Positions 48,184 through 57,015 of a stretch of DNA of 64,000 nt are shown piece after piece. A program made the position numbers and the translations under genes. The notes below the pieces were generated by a model. That model worked only from the letters and a program-made list of their open reading frames with translations, did not search any database and was not told the DNA's origin. The first letter of the stretch is position 1, and every line of letters begins with the position of its first letter. This stretch comes from an uncultured virus (IMG/VR IMGVR_UViG_3300049255_000219) (taxonomy: Duplodnaviria; Heunggongvirae; Uroviricota; Caudoviricetes), in the IMG/VR virus record IMGVR_UViG_3300049255_000219; one strand, 5' to 3'.

Positions 48184-49605
48184 ATGGGACGCAATATCAC
48201 CGCAATGCCGGTAGCTGTAAACAATGTGATCAGTCCGTCGCACCAGATGTCAGCCGCCTCTTTGCCGCGCGCGTCGTATGCGATCATTTCAGCCAACTCG
48301 TCCAGCACGATCAATGAAACCGTGTTCCTCGACGCGGAGTTTCGCGCCATTGCGCCATACAACGCCGGACCGGTGGGTGCGAGCCAGGCGACGGGCGGCG
48401 GCGCGTCTGCTGCGTTTGACCGCTTCCTCGCAACCTACAAGGATCATGCCCAGACCTCCGGCGCCTACAACGGCGCGCCGACACAAACGCAGCCCAGCTC
48501 CAACGGCACCACCAGCGCCTGGGTCAATGCCACCAACAATAGCGGCGAATTCGGCAACGACAATACCTGGGTATCCGAGCGCGGCCTGCAAGGCAACACG
48601 GTCCAGCGCGCCGGCACGAATACCGTCATGGCGCAGACGAATTTTTCGTACATCAACAGCGATCACAAGGACCGCAATACGGTCCTGACGCTCAATGGCG
48701 GCCAGGTGTCGCTGACCAGCCGCTGGCGCCCGACGCCGCCTACTTTGCTCGCGCTGCAAAAGAGCAAGACGCGCACCAAATCCATCGCCGCGCAGTTCGG
48801 CGCCGGATCGCAGATCACAAGCCAGTTCGGCTCGGCTTCCTACAACAACGTGCGCAAGGAATTCGTCACGGTCGCCTATAACTCGAGCGTCGCCGGCCAG
48901 TACGATGTGAAGATCTGGAAGAACATCAACTTCGATGCAGTGGACGTGACCGCGCTAGGCGTGCCGGACGTCGCGCAAACCGTGAACATGAACACGGTCA
49001 GCGGATGGGGATCGAATACCACCGAGTCGCAGTACCGCGTGACGCCGGTGCTGGTCGACAGCGGTGACATCTATCTGGTGGCATTCTTCCCGTCGGCCGC
49101 CATACGCCTGTTCAAGATGGTGCGGACCGGCGGCGACACGACGAACACCTTCATATTGGTCGATTCCATCAGCACGACCACCAGCTACGGGCTGGAGCAG
49201 GGTAGCGACTATGGCATGAAAACCATGCAGTCGCGCAACGGCCAGCTCGTCATCTGCTTCTGCCCGTATTACTACTACGGCGCCGGGATCGAATCTTTCG
49301 TGGTCGACAAGCGCAACAGTTCCTGGGCGCGCGGCTTCCAGTATGCGCTGACAAGCGGAGGCTGTCAGGTCTTGCCGTATGGCGACGATGGCTTCGCGAA
49401 CTGGTTCGCCGGCAACTACTACGCGAGCAACAATCAGGGCGCATACATCCAAGGTGTTGTCACGCCCGGCGTGACTGCGGGCGCGTCGCCGGTGTGGACC
49501 AATGCCAACCTGTACCTGCCGGTCGCCACCGCCCCGAATACGACGAACTACCCGGGCATGAGCCAGGTGTGGGAGTTCGCCCTGCAATCCGAATTGCCCT
49601 ACTAA
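48184..49605 (+). CDS. Putative distal receptor-binding protein
   Basis: 473 aa, S/T/N/G/Y-rich and beta-type, at the end of the fibre module. Confidence 0.7.
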   Translation: MGRNITAMPVAVNNVISPSHQMSAASLPRASYAIISANSSSTINETVFLDAEFRAIAPYNAGPVGASQATGGGASAAFDRFLATYKDHAQTSGAYNGAPTQTQPSSNGTTSAWVNATNNSGEFGNDNTWVSERGLQGNTVQRAGTNTVMAQTNFSYINSDHKDRNTVLTLNGGQVSLTSRWRPTPPTLLALQKSKTRTKSIAAQFGAGSQITSQFGSASYNNVRKEFVTVAYNSSVAGQYDVKIWKNINFDAVDVTALGVPDVAQTVNMNTVSGWGSNTTESQYRVTPVLVDSGDIYLVAFFPSAAIRLFKMVRTGGDTTNTFILVDSISTTTSYGLEQGSDYGMKTMQSRNGQLVICFCPYYYYGAGIESFVVDKRNSSWARGFQYALTSGGCQVLPYGDDGFANWFAGNYYASNNQGAYIQGVVTPGVTAGASPVWTNANLYLPVATAPNTTNYPGMSQVWEFALQSELPY

Positions 49606-49620
49606 TAAAGGAGCACAAAT

Positions 49621-50094
49621 ATGTACATCACTTTTCATGACAAGGGCGGTGCCTCGATCTCCGAGGTCGACGGCGATTATCCGCTGCCGGACGGCGGCTC
49701 GACTCTTGCCTGCCGCTACCAGCTGGTCAACGGCGTCGTGACTGATCTGTATCCGGGTAAAGCCGATGCCGATGTCATCGCCGCGCTGCATGCGAATGAC
49801 GTAGCGCTGACGACCGCACTGGAGGCGACGCACAATCCACCCACAACCGTCCTGACCCGACTGGCATTCATGGAACTGTTCACGTCGGACGAACTGGAGG
49901 CGATCTATACCGCAGCCAGAACCGTCGTGGCAGTCGAAGTGTATCTGGACAAGCTGAAAGTGTCCGATGTGATCGATCTGGCCAATAGCGCGACTGTCGC
50001 CGGCATCGGCAAACTGCAATCTGCCGGTTTGCTGACGGCGGAACGCGCTGCGGCCATTCTGGCGAATGGCGCACCGGCTGCCGCCACGCCGTAA
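49621..50094 (+). CDS. Tail fibre assembly-like protein
   Basis: LTRLAFMELFTSDE...GLLTAERAAAIL. Confidence 0.75.
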   Translation: MYITFHDKGGASISEVDGDYPLPDGGSTLACRYQLVNGVVTDLYPGKADADVIAALHANDVALTTALEATHNPPTTVLTRLAFMELFTSDELEAIYTAARTVVAVEVYLDKLKVSDVIDLANSATVAGIGKLQSAGLLTAERAAAILANGAPAAATP

Positions 50095-50118
50095 CCCACC
50101 AACAATCGATGCCCCATC

Positions 50119-50143
50119 AAACCACCTTCGGGTGGTTTTTTTA
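50119..50143 (+). terminator. Intrinsic terminator before the lysis cassette
   Basis: AAACCACC-ttcg-GGTGGTTT followed by a T run. Confidence 0.75.
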
Positions 50144-50160
50144 TGGGCGAAAGGAATGTC

Positions 50161-50535
50161 ATGCCAATAGATCAGGAACGCATCACCCGCGTCGAGTCGA
50201 AGGTCGAGTTTCTCGAGAGCGACCATGAAAGGCTGCAGGCGGCATTGCTCCGCCTGGCCGACGACATGCACCACATGGCGCTGGTCAACGCCGAACGGGC
50301 GGAAGACCGGCGCGCCATGGAGCGCGCCTTCAGCCAGCTGGAACTGGACAAGGCGGAATTCGCCCGCCTCTGGGCCAGGACCGACGCCATTGTCGAAGCC
50401 CATGCCGCCGCTGAGCGAAAGCGCATGGAAGACGCACTGAAAGAAAAGAGCAAATGGATCGGCGAGCTGATCAAAACGGCCCTTGCGATCGGCGCAGCCA
50501 TGTTGCTTTACCACCTCGGGATACATCCATTATGA
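50161..50535 (+). CDS. Coiled-coil protein with C-terminal membrane anchor (lysis region)
   Basis: AAGGA RBS; heptad-rich body; LIKTALAIGAAMLLYHLGI. Confidence 0.78.
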   Translation: MPIDQERITRVESKVEFLESDHERLQAALLRLADDMHHMALVNAERAEDRRAMERAFSQLELDKAEFARLWARTDAIVEAHAAAERKRMEDALKEKSKWIGELIKTALAIGAAMLLYHLGIHPL

Positions 50536-50963
50536 ACACACCAGCACACGAACACGCCATCCACGAAACCATCACCATCGATGTGTTTTACCCGGACCAT
50601 CCGCCGCGCACCGAGAGCGCCGTTTTCAGGGCGACAAAGCTGCACTGGCACTCCCGACATGCCGCTTGCGGAGTCTGTGGGTCAACGGAGCGGATCGAAA
50701 TTCATCACCGGTTCATTGAATGGGCCGACAGCGACGGCGTTGACTGGGACAAGGTCAAAGCCCCGCATCCAGACTTCGACTGGACCACGTTCCATGTCGC
50801 CGCTGACTTCATCGACAGCGTCTACAACACCGAGCCCTTGTGCGAAAAGCACCATCGCGGCCCGGCGCCGCATGGGAAACATCTGACGCCGGAGCCGATC
50901 TGGAACATGCAGAAATACCAGCGGGCCGATTTTGTGTATGCACCCGATGAGGTGAAATCATGA
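50532..50963 (+). CDS. HNH-like zinc-binding protein in the lysis cassette
   Basis: CGVCG...IEIHH...YNTEPLCEKHH...GKH; ATGA-coupled on both sides. Confidence 0.7.
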   Translation: MNTPAHEHAIHETITIDVFYPDHPPRTESAVFRATKLHWHSRHAACGVCGSTERIEIHHRFIEWADSDGVDWDKVKAPHPDFDWTTFHVAADFIDSVYNTEPLCEKHHRGPAPHGKHLTPEPIWNMQKYQRADFVYAPDEVKS

Positions 50964-51421
50964 ATCCGGACGACTTCATCGCGGCGATCGGGCCAGCCGC
51001 ACAGGCATCGATGGCGCACACGAAAATTCCGGCCAGCTTTGCCATCGCAGAAGGCGCACTCGAATCCGGCTGGGGCAAGTCGCAGCTCGCGGTCGACGGC
51101 CACAACCTGTTTGGCGTCAAGGCCGACCCGGCGTGGCATGGGGACATTCTCTCGATGCGCACGCGCGAGTTCATCAAAGGTGAATGGGTCATCGTGCCGG
51201 CCAACTGGCGCAAGTATCCGGACTGGCTGTCCTGCATCACGGATCACGCTGCCTTCCTGCTGACCAACCCGCGCTACCAGCCTGCATTCGCGCAATGCGG
51301 TGATGCCGAAGCATTTACCCGCGCCGTCGCGGCTGCCGGTTATGCGACCGACCCCGACTACGCCAGCAAGATCATTGCCGTGATTCGAGCGCACTCGCTG
51401 ACGCGCTTCGATTCCGCCTGA
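50960..51421 (+). CDS. Endolysin, GH73 glucosaminidase (FlgJ-like)
   Basis: ALESGWG, NLFGVKA, GYATDPDY. Confidence 0.93.
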   Translation: MNPDDFIAAIGPAAQASMAHTKIPASFAIAEGALESGWGKSQLAVDGHNLFGVKADPAWHGDILSMRTREFIKGEWVIVPANWRKYPDWLSCITDHAAFLLTNPRYQPAFAQCGDAEAFTRAVAAAGYATDPDYASKIIAVIRAHSLTRFDSA

Positions 51422-51463
51422 CCACCGGCCAGGCAACCGGCCTTTTTCGATAAGGAGATCGCA

Positions 51464-51643
51464 ATGATCGTGAAGACGCTCATTTTTTGCCTAGTGCTGT
51501 CCATGTGGTTCGCTCTGGTGGTGATTGGCAAAGCTGATCCCGGCTCGTTCATCGCCGCCCTGCAGGCCATCCTGGTCGGCGGCGGCGTGTTCCATGCCGT
51601 CATGACCAACCCAAACGGAGGTCAGGGTGCGGACAAGTCATAA
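51464..51643 (+). CDS. Holin-like two-TM protein (59 aa; not in ORF track)
   Basis: TAAGGAG RBS; MIVKTLIFCLVLSMWFALVVIGKADPGSFIAALQAILVGGGVFHAV. Confidence 0.65.
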   Translation: MIVKTLIFCLVLSMWFALVVIGKADPGSFIAALQAILVGGGVFHAVMTNPNGGQGADKS

Positions 51644-51809
51644 CGTCGTCGTCCTCATCCTGGCCTCTTTCATCCTGGCTGGCTGCGCATCATGCCGGCC
51701 CGAAGCCGTACCTGTCTTTCAACCTGCAACCGAACATCCCGCTACCGAATCGGTGCGGGCCACCCTCGACAGAATCGAATCTGTCACCTTCCTTCACTGT
51801 CAATTTTAG
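51627..51809 (+). CDS. Small lipoprotein (o-spanin-like?)
   Basis: Signal peptide with LAGC lipobox; Pro-rich mature part. Confidence 0.7.
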   Translation: MRTSHNVVVLILASFILAGCASCRPEAVPVFQPATEHPATESVRATLDRIESVTFLHCQF

Positions 51810-51819
51810 GAGTCATACC

Positions 51820-52179
51820 ATGTTAACTTTTCTAGCCACACTCGAAGCCATCGCCCAGATTCTTCCTGCCCTGAACTCGCTGGTCCTTGCCGCGGAGGCG
51901 ATTCACCCCGGGCCGAACCTGGGGCAAAGCAAGTTGAATACCGTACTGAACACCGTGCAGGGTGCGCTCACCGCCACCGGACAGGCCGTGGTCACGTATG
52001 AGCAGATCAAGCCGGCCGTTGTCGGCGCCGTTTCCGGTATCGTCGCCACGTACAACGCGTCTGGCGGCTTCCCGTTGCCGGTGTCGCCAACTGCAGCGCC
52101 CGCATTACCTACGACGCCTGCAACGCCCGTCGATCCAGTTGCACAGACTGCACCGACTGGAACCGGAGCCGCGCAATGA
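51820..52179 (+). CDS. Hypothetical amphipathic-helix protein
   Basis: AGGAG RBS; helical N-terminus, Pro/Thr-rich tail; coupled to patatin. Confidence 0.75.
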   Translation: MLTFLATLEAIAQILPALNSLVLAAEAIHPGPNLGQSKLNTVLNTVQGALTATGQAVVTYEQIKPAVVGAVSGIVATYNASGGFPLPVSPTAAPALPTTPATPVDPVAQTAPTGTGAAQ

Positions 52180-52994
52180 AGCCGCTGCGGGTTGCTCTCA
52201 GCGGTTCGGGATTCAAGTTCCCGGCGCACGTCGGTGCGCTGCTCGCGATCCGGGACGCCGGCTACACGCCGGTTGAAATCGCCGGCACATCCGGCGGCTC
52301 GATTGTGGCAACGCTGGCGGCCTGCGGCATGCCGCTCGACGCCATGCGCGACCTGACCTTGTCGCACGACTGGTCGGGCATGCTGTCGTTCTCGCCATGG
52401 TCGCTGCTAGCCAACCTTGGGTACTGTTCCGGCAACGCATTGCTTGACTGGATCACGGAAAACACCGGCGGCAAGACGTTCGCGGATCTGGACATCGACC
52501 TGATCGTCATGGCATCGAACGTGGCAACCGAACAGCCGTTCGAGTTCAGCAAGGCGGCCACGCCGGACGCGCCGGTCGCTCTCGCTGCGCGCGCATCGGC
52601 ATCGATCCCGTTTGTCTATGCGCCGGTGACCATGACCAGCGCGGCCGACACGCCGGTCTTGCTGATGGATGGCGGGATGGTCAACAACATCCCGGTCGAC
52701 AAGTTGACCGTCGACGCGCTACCCCGGATCGGCATTCAGCTGGTTGCCAAACAGTCGTCGCTCGGTGCCGGCACGCATTCGATCTTCGACATCGCGCCGC
52801 GCGTCATCGACCTGATCCTGTCCGCAAACGAAAACACCCATGTGGAACTGGACCAGCAGGATGGTGCCAAGTTTGCATTTGTCGAAACAGGTTATGCATC
52901 GGGACTCGACCGCAACATGCCCGCCGCCATCCGCACCCGGCTGATGCAGGACGGGTACGAAGCCACCAAAAATACGCTGGCTGCATTCGCGTAA
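52176..52994 (+). CDS. Patatin-like phospholipase
   Basis: LSGSG oxyanion loop, GTSGG nucleophile elbow, ASASIP, DGG. Confidence 0.93.
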   Translation: MKPLRVALSGSGFKFPAHVGALLAIRDAGYTPVEIAGTSGGSIVATLAACGMPLDAMRDLTLSHDWSGMLSFSPWSLLANLGYCSGNALLDWITENTGGKTFADLDIDLIVMASNVATEQPFEFSKAATPDAPVALAARASASIPFVYAPVTMTSAADTPVLLMDGGMVNNIPVDKLTVDALPRIGIQLVAKQSSLGAGTHSIFDIAPRVIDLILSANENTHVELDQQDGAKFAFVETGYASGLDRNMPAAIRTRLMQDGYEATKNTLAAFA

Positions 52995-53084
52995 TCCAGG
53001 CCATCGGCCTGATCGCCCGGCATCGCCTGCACCACGCATGGCAATGCCTCGGCAATCCAGATAAGTAAATCACAGGAAAATTCC

Positions 53085-54983
53085 ATGAAGTACCTGAGCG
53101 TCTGCAGCGGCATCGAAGCCGCTACCGTCGCCTGGCATCCGCTTGGGTGGGAGCCGGTCGCCTTTTGCGAGATCGAGTCCTTCCCTTCCGCCGTGCTGGC
53201 GCATCACTACCCGGACGTGCCGAACCTGGGCGACATGACCGGGGTCGCCGCATTGGTACGATCCGGCACTGTAGAAGCGCCGGACGTGCTGGTCGGCGGC
53301 ACGCCCTGCCAGGCTTTTTCTTTTGCCGGACTGCGGCAGTCGCTGGACGACGCACGCGGCCAGCTAACTCTCTCATTTGTGGATCTTGCCAATGCCATCG
53401 ACGCAATGCGAACTGTTCCCGCCATCATCGTCTGGGAAAACGTGCCTGGCGTCCTCACAACAAAGGATAATGCCTTCGGCTGCTTTCTGGGAGCGCTCGC
53501 AGGGGAAGACGATCCGCTGCTCCCGCCAGGGAAGAAAAACGGTGGATTCGAGCGCTGGCCGAACGCTGGTTGTGTATATGGCCCCCGCCGAACAATCGCG
53601 TGGCGGGTGCTCGATGCCCAATATGTCGGAGTGGCCCAACGACGCCGCCGTGTGTTCGTTGTCGCAAGTGCTCGAGACGGGTTCGATGCCGCAGCGGTAC
53701 TTTTTGAGTTCAACGGCGTGCGCCGGGATACTGCGCCGCGCCGCGAATCGAGGCAAGAAATTACCGGCACTCTTGGAGCACGCACTTCAAGTGGTGGCGG
53801 GTTCGGCACCGACTTTGAATGCGCTGGAGGAATCCAGCCTGTAGCATGTGGCGTGACTGGCGATGTTGCCCACACGCTGCGCGCCGAGGGATTCGACGCC
53901 AGCGAGGATGGCACGGGACGCGGCACCCCCATCATTTGCATGGCACACGGTCAGGGTGGTGCGGAAATACGCCATGACTCTTGCCCAACGCTGACCTGCA
54001 ACCATGAAGCGCCGATCGCCGCGTATGCAATTCAGGCCGGTGCATTGCGGACCAATCCGCAAAGTGGACCCGATGGGATCGGCGTTCAGCCCGATATTGC
54101 GTACACGATCGAAGCGCGCGCCGAAGTGCAGGCAGTTGCCGCGTATGCGTTTCAACCACGAATCGGGCGCAACGGGCGCGGCGACATGGGCGATCTGGTC
54201 AATTGTCTGAGCGCACGATCGGGCGAATCAGGAAAAGGGGATGCTGCACCATGCGTGGCGATTGTCCGCGACACTCCTCAGATCTCGATCAGGAGCGATC
54301 AAGGGGTTGTTGCGTTTTCCTGCAAGGATTACGGCGCGGACGCCGCCGCCGAATTATCGCCAACCTTGCGCGCCATGGGGCATGTTGCCAGCCACGCCAA
54401 CGCTGGCGGACAGGTGGCGGTGGCCATCGCCCTGCAAGACACAACCGGCCGCGACAAGGCCCAGAATGGCAAGGGGTGGAGCGATGATGGTGCCAGCTAC
54501 ACACTGGACGCGGCGTCAACGCAAGGGCTGGCTTATGCATTTGCTCAAAATACGCGCGATGAAGTCAGAATGATGGGTGGCGATGGCCAGATTGTCGGTG
54601 CGCTGGCCGCGCAGCCCGGGATGAAACAGACGTGCTATGTGGCGCAATGGGTTGCTTTCGAGCCGCGCTACTACACGCGGGACAACAAAACGAGCGGAAC
54701 ACCGAGCAACACGATGACGCTGATGCGAGATTGCAAGGCTGGAGACAGCACGCCGCATGTCGCAACCGGCATGCAAGTGCGTCGCCTGACACCCATGGAG
54801 TGCGAGCGCTTGCAGGGTTTTCCGGACAACTATACCTTGATACCTGTGCGCGGCAAGCCCGCTGCTGATGGTCCGCGCTACAAGGCGTGTGGCAACTCCA
54901 TGGCAGTGCCGGTTATGCGCTGGCTCGGGAGTCGAATTCATATGTCTCTAGACGCCGCATCAATACAACCGGGGACGACTTAA
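53085..54983 (+). CDS. DNA cytosine-5 methyltransferase with very long variable region
   Basis: SVCSGIEA, GGTPCQAFS, WENV, QRRRRVF, RRLTPMECERLQGFPD, YKACGNS. Confidence 0.95.
   Translation: MKYLSVCSGIEAATVAWHPLGWEPVAFCEIESFPSAVLAHHYPDVPNLGDMTGVAALVRSGTVEAPDVLVGGTPCQAFSFAGLRQSLDDARGQLTLSFVDLANAIDAMRTVPAIIVWENVPGVLTTKDNAFGCFLGALAGEDDPLLPPGKKNGGFERWPNAGCVYGPRRTIAWRVLDAQYVGVAQRRRRVFVVASARDGFDAAAVLFEFNGVRRDTAPRRESRQEITGTLGARTSSGGGFGTDFECAGGIQPVACGVTGDVAHTLRAEGFDASEDGTGRGTPIICMAHGQGGAEIRHDSCPTLTCNHEAPIAAYAIQAGALRTNPQSGPDGIGVQPDIAYTIEARAEVQAVAAYAFQPRIGRNGRGDMGDLVNCLSARSGESGKGDAAPCVAIVRDTPQISIRSDQGVVAFSCKDYGADAAAELSPTLRAMGHVASHANAGGQVAVAIALQDTTGRDKAQNGKGWSDDGASYTLDAASTQGLAYAFAQNTRDEVRMMGGDGQIVGALAAQPGMKQTCYVAQWVAFEPRYYTRDNKTSGTPSNTMTLMRDCKAGDSTPHVATGMQVRRLTPMECERLQGFPDNYTLIPVRGKPAADGPRYKACGNSMAVPVMRWLGSRIHMSLDAASIQPGTT
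53377..53844 (+). CDS. Overlapping +1-frame ORF within the C5 MTase (EcoHK31I beta-like accessory subunit candidate)
   Basis: Protein-like motif EWPNDAAVCSLSQVLETG...RYFLSSTACAGILRRAANRGKKLP; probable ATG at 53392. Confidence 0.65.
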   Translation: MWILPMPSTQCELFPPSSSGKTCLASSQQRIMPSAAFWERSQGKTIRCSRQGRKTVDSSAGRTLVVYMAPAEQSRGGCSMPNMSEWPNDAAVCSLSQVLETGSMPQRYFLSSTACAGILRRAANRGKKLPALLEHALQVVAGSAPTLNALEESSL

Positions 54984-55191
54984 GCATTTACGACCAGTTT
55001 TTTGAATTTTCTGCGTTGATTTGTGAAATTCTTCCTCATGGATTGGGGGCGCTGCTCTGTGCAAGCAACACATGGTGCCGCTTGAAGTACATTGTCGAAA
55101 TTCACGAATGTCGCAATTTCAGGATATCTGAGATAATTGCTTCATATCACGATTTCCTCGATCAACGGCAATTCAAAATCCTCATACCTAC

Positions 55192-57015
55192 ATGGCGCTT
55201 ACTTTAGATGAAATCCGTCGAATGATGAACGGATTTAAAATTGCTGGATTCGATTGCAAAGAACAACCAGGATCGCCCACCAACCCGATTCGAATCGAAT
55301 GGGATGATGCACATCAAGGTATCAGGAAATATCGCCTTTGGGTTTACGAGGTGACTCACGGTGGAGGTGGCCCAACCGTTCGTGCTGCAGATGAATTCCG
55401 AATTCAGATCACCAATACACCATCGGCTGCCGTCGGATTGGACTACGATGGAGCAACAGATCTTTTGATGGGTTATTCACCTTCGCAAAATGTTGTCGTT
55501 GCTTATGATCGACGATGGCTAGAGAAGCGGATGGAAAAAGGAGAAGGCTCGCCGTCAGTCCAGGTAAAAACTGGCGACATTGAGGCGGCTCACAAGGAGG
55601 GAATGCATTACCTCAAGAAGATATCAACAAGCTTTGGCGAAGCCGGAATTGTGACCTTGACTCCAGAATATCTGCCTACTTATTTGCGCGACCACGATGC
55701 GTTCTTGAAAGGAAAAATGGATACGAAGAAAAATGGCGTTTTAGCAAAAATTGATAATCCCTCGCTTTGGCAGTATTGCGTAGATCAAGGCTTTTTTTTC
55801 GAACCCGACATCCTGGCACGATATGTCGCATCGATCATCACTAAACCCTTTGTTATCTTAGCAGGTGTCAGCGGCACCGGAAAATCTAAGATTGCGGAGC
55901 TAGTTGCCGAATTTTACTCTCGCGTTGACTCCGCCAACGCGCCGGACACCAGTACTCCTACAGCACCACTTTCGGGCAGTAAATTCTTGTTTGTTGAGTC
56001 AGCTGCTAAAGGAGCGGTGGATCGTTCCAGATTTGCTCTGGTTCCCGTTCGTCCTGATTGGATCGATAACCAATCCATTTTGGGCTTCGTCAATCCTTTG
56101 ACTGGACGTTATGAATCGACGCAGGCTTTTGATTTGATGCTTCGCGCCGATCACGCGCTTAAGATCGTAGATCATGGCCTAGATGCGCCTCGGTATTTCA
56201 TGTTGCTTGATGAAATGAACCTGGCGCGGGTTGAACACTATTTCAGTGATTGGCTGGCATGCTCAGAAAGCCGCCGATATGGGAGTAATGCCAAGATAAC
56301 CCAGCAACCAGTTTCGCTTCACAGGCACGAGTCAGCCAAGACAAGCTTAATTGATGTGGATGGAACGGCCATCGACGTCGATGTACCCAACACCTTGGGT
56401 ATTCCGACCAACCTAGTTGTGACTGGCACGGTCAATGTCGATGAAACAACATTTTCGTTTAGCCCCAAGGTCTTGGACAGATCAATGGTTATTGAGTTTA
56501 ATGATGTCGATCTAGATATGCTCCGAGATGGAATGGGAACTCATGAGAATTCCAACTATCGCTTTCCCACCACCTTGCCGCCGTTTGAACTGCCAACCGT
56601 AGCATCATTTACCGCGCTGCCGCAGGCAACTCACAATCATCTTGTTGCAGTTAACAAAATTTTGGCTGAAGCACAACTTCATTTCGGCTATCGTTCTGCC
56701 GCGGAAATGTCGGTGTTCATACGCGTCTACAACAACATTCTTCCGGACGACGCAACCGACGTAGACTTAATACGCGCTCTTGATGGGGCCATTTTGCAAA
56801 AAGTATTACCTCGAGTCCAAGGCAATCGTGCCAGAATCGAAAATGCGCTCTGCGTCTTGATCTATTTCCTACATGAACTGGAACCTCCTCCGCAGCCGTT
56901 CGATCTCGACACTACCAGTTTTAACACACCTCCGAAGCTAAAACAATCCTACGCCAGAGCGAAGGAAATGTTGGGCCGCCTCCGCGATTTTGGTTTCGTG
57001 ACGTTCTTCAAGTGA
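55192..57015 (+). CDS. McrB-like AAA+ GTPase with atypical N-terminal domain
   Basis: GVSGTGKS, VPVRPDW, LLDEMNLARVEHYFS, GTVNVDE, FSPKVLDR, QKVLPR. Confidence 0.92.
   Translation: MALTLDEIRRMMNGFKIAGFDCKEQPGSPTNPIRIEWDDAHQGIRKYRLWVYEVTHGGGGPTVRAADEFRIQITNTPSAAVGLDYDGATDLLMGYSPSQNVVVAYDRRWLEKRMEKGEGSPSVQVKTGDIEAAHKEGMHYLKKISTSFGEAGIVTLTPEYLPTYLRDHDAFLKGKMDTKKNGVLAKIDNPSLWQYCVDQGFFFEPDILARYVASIITKPFVILAGVSGTGKSKIAELVAEFYSRVDSANAPDTSTPTAPLSGSKFLFVESAAKGAVDRSRFALVPVRPDWIDNQSILGFVNPLTGRYESTQAFDLMLRADHALKIVDHGLDAPRYFMLLDEMNLARVEHYFSDWLACSESRRYGSNAKITQQPVSLHRHESAKTSLIDVDGTAIDVDVPNTLGIPTNLVVTGTVNVDETTFSFSPKVLDRSMVIEFNDVDLDMLRDGMGTHENSNYRFPTTLPPFELPTVASFTALPQATHNHLVAVNKILAEAQLHFGYRSAAEMSVFIRVYNNILPDDATDVDLIRALDGAILQKVLPRVQGNRARIENALCVLIYFLHELEPPPQPFDLDTTSFNTPPKLKQSYARAKEMLGRLRDFGFVTFFK

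Larger units (their letters stand above)
1637..54983. mobile_element. Lambdoid/HK97-like siphovirus prophage (ends approximate)
   Basis: Contiguous integrase, replication, packaging, head, tail, lysis and MTase modules. att sites not identified; the right end could extend into the defence island. Confidence 0.92.

Noticed and set aside
39168..50094. Diversity-generating retroelement or invertible tail-fibre switch
   Set aside because: No reverse transcriptase, no TR/VR pair noticed, no invertase or inverted fibre copies.
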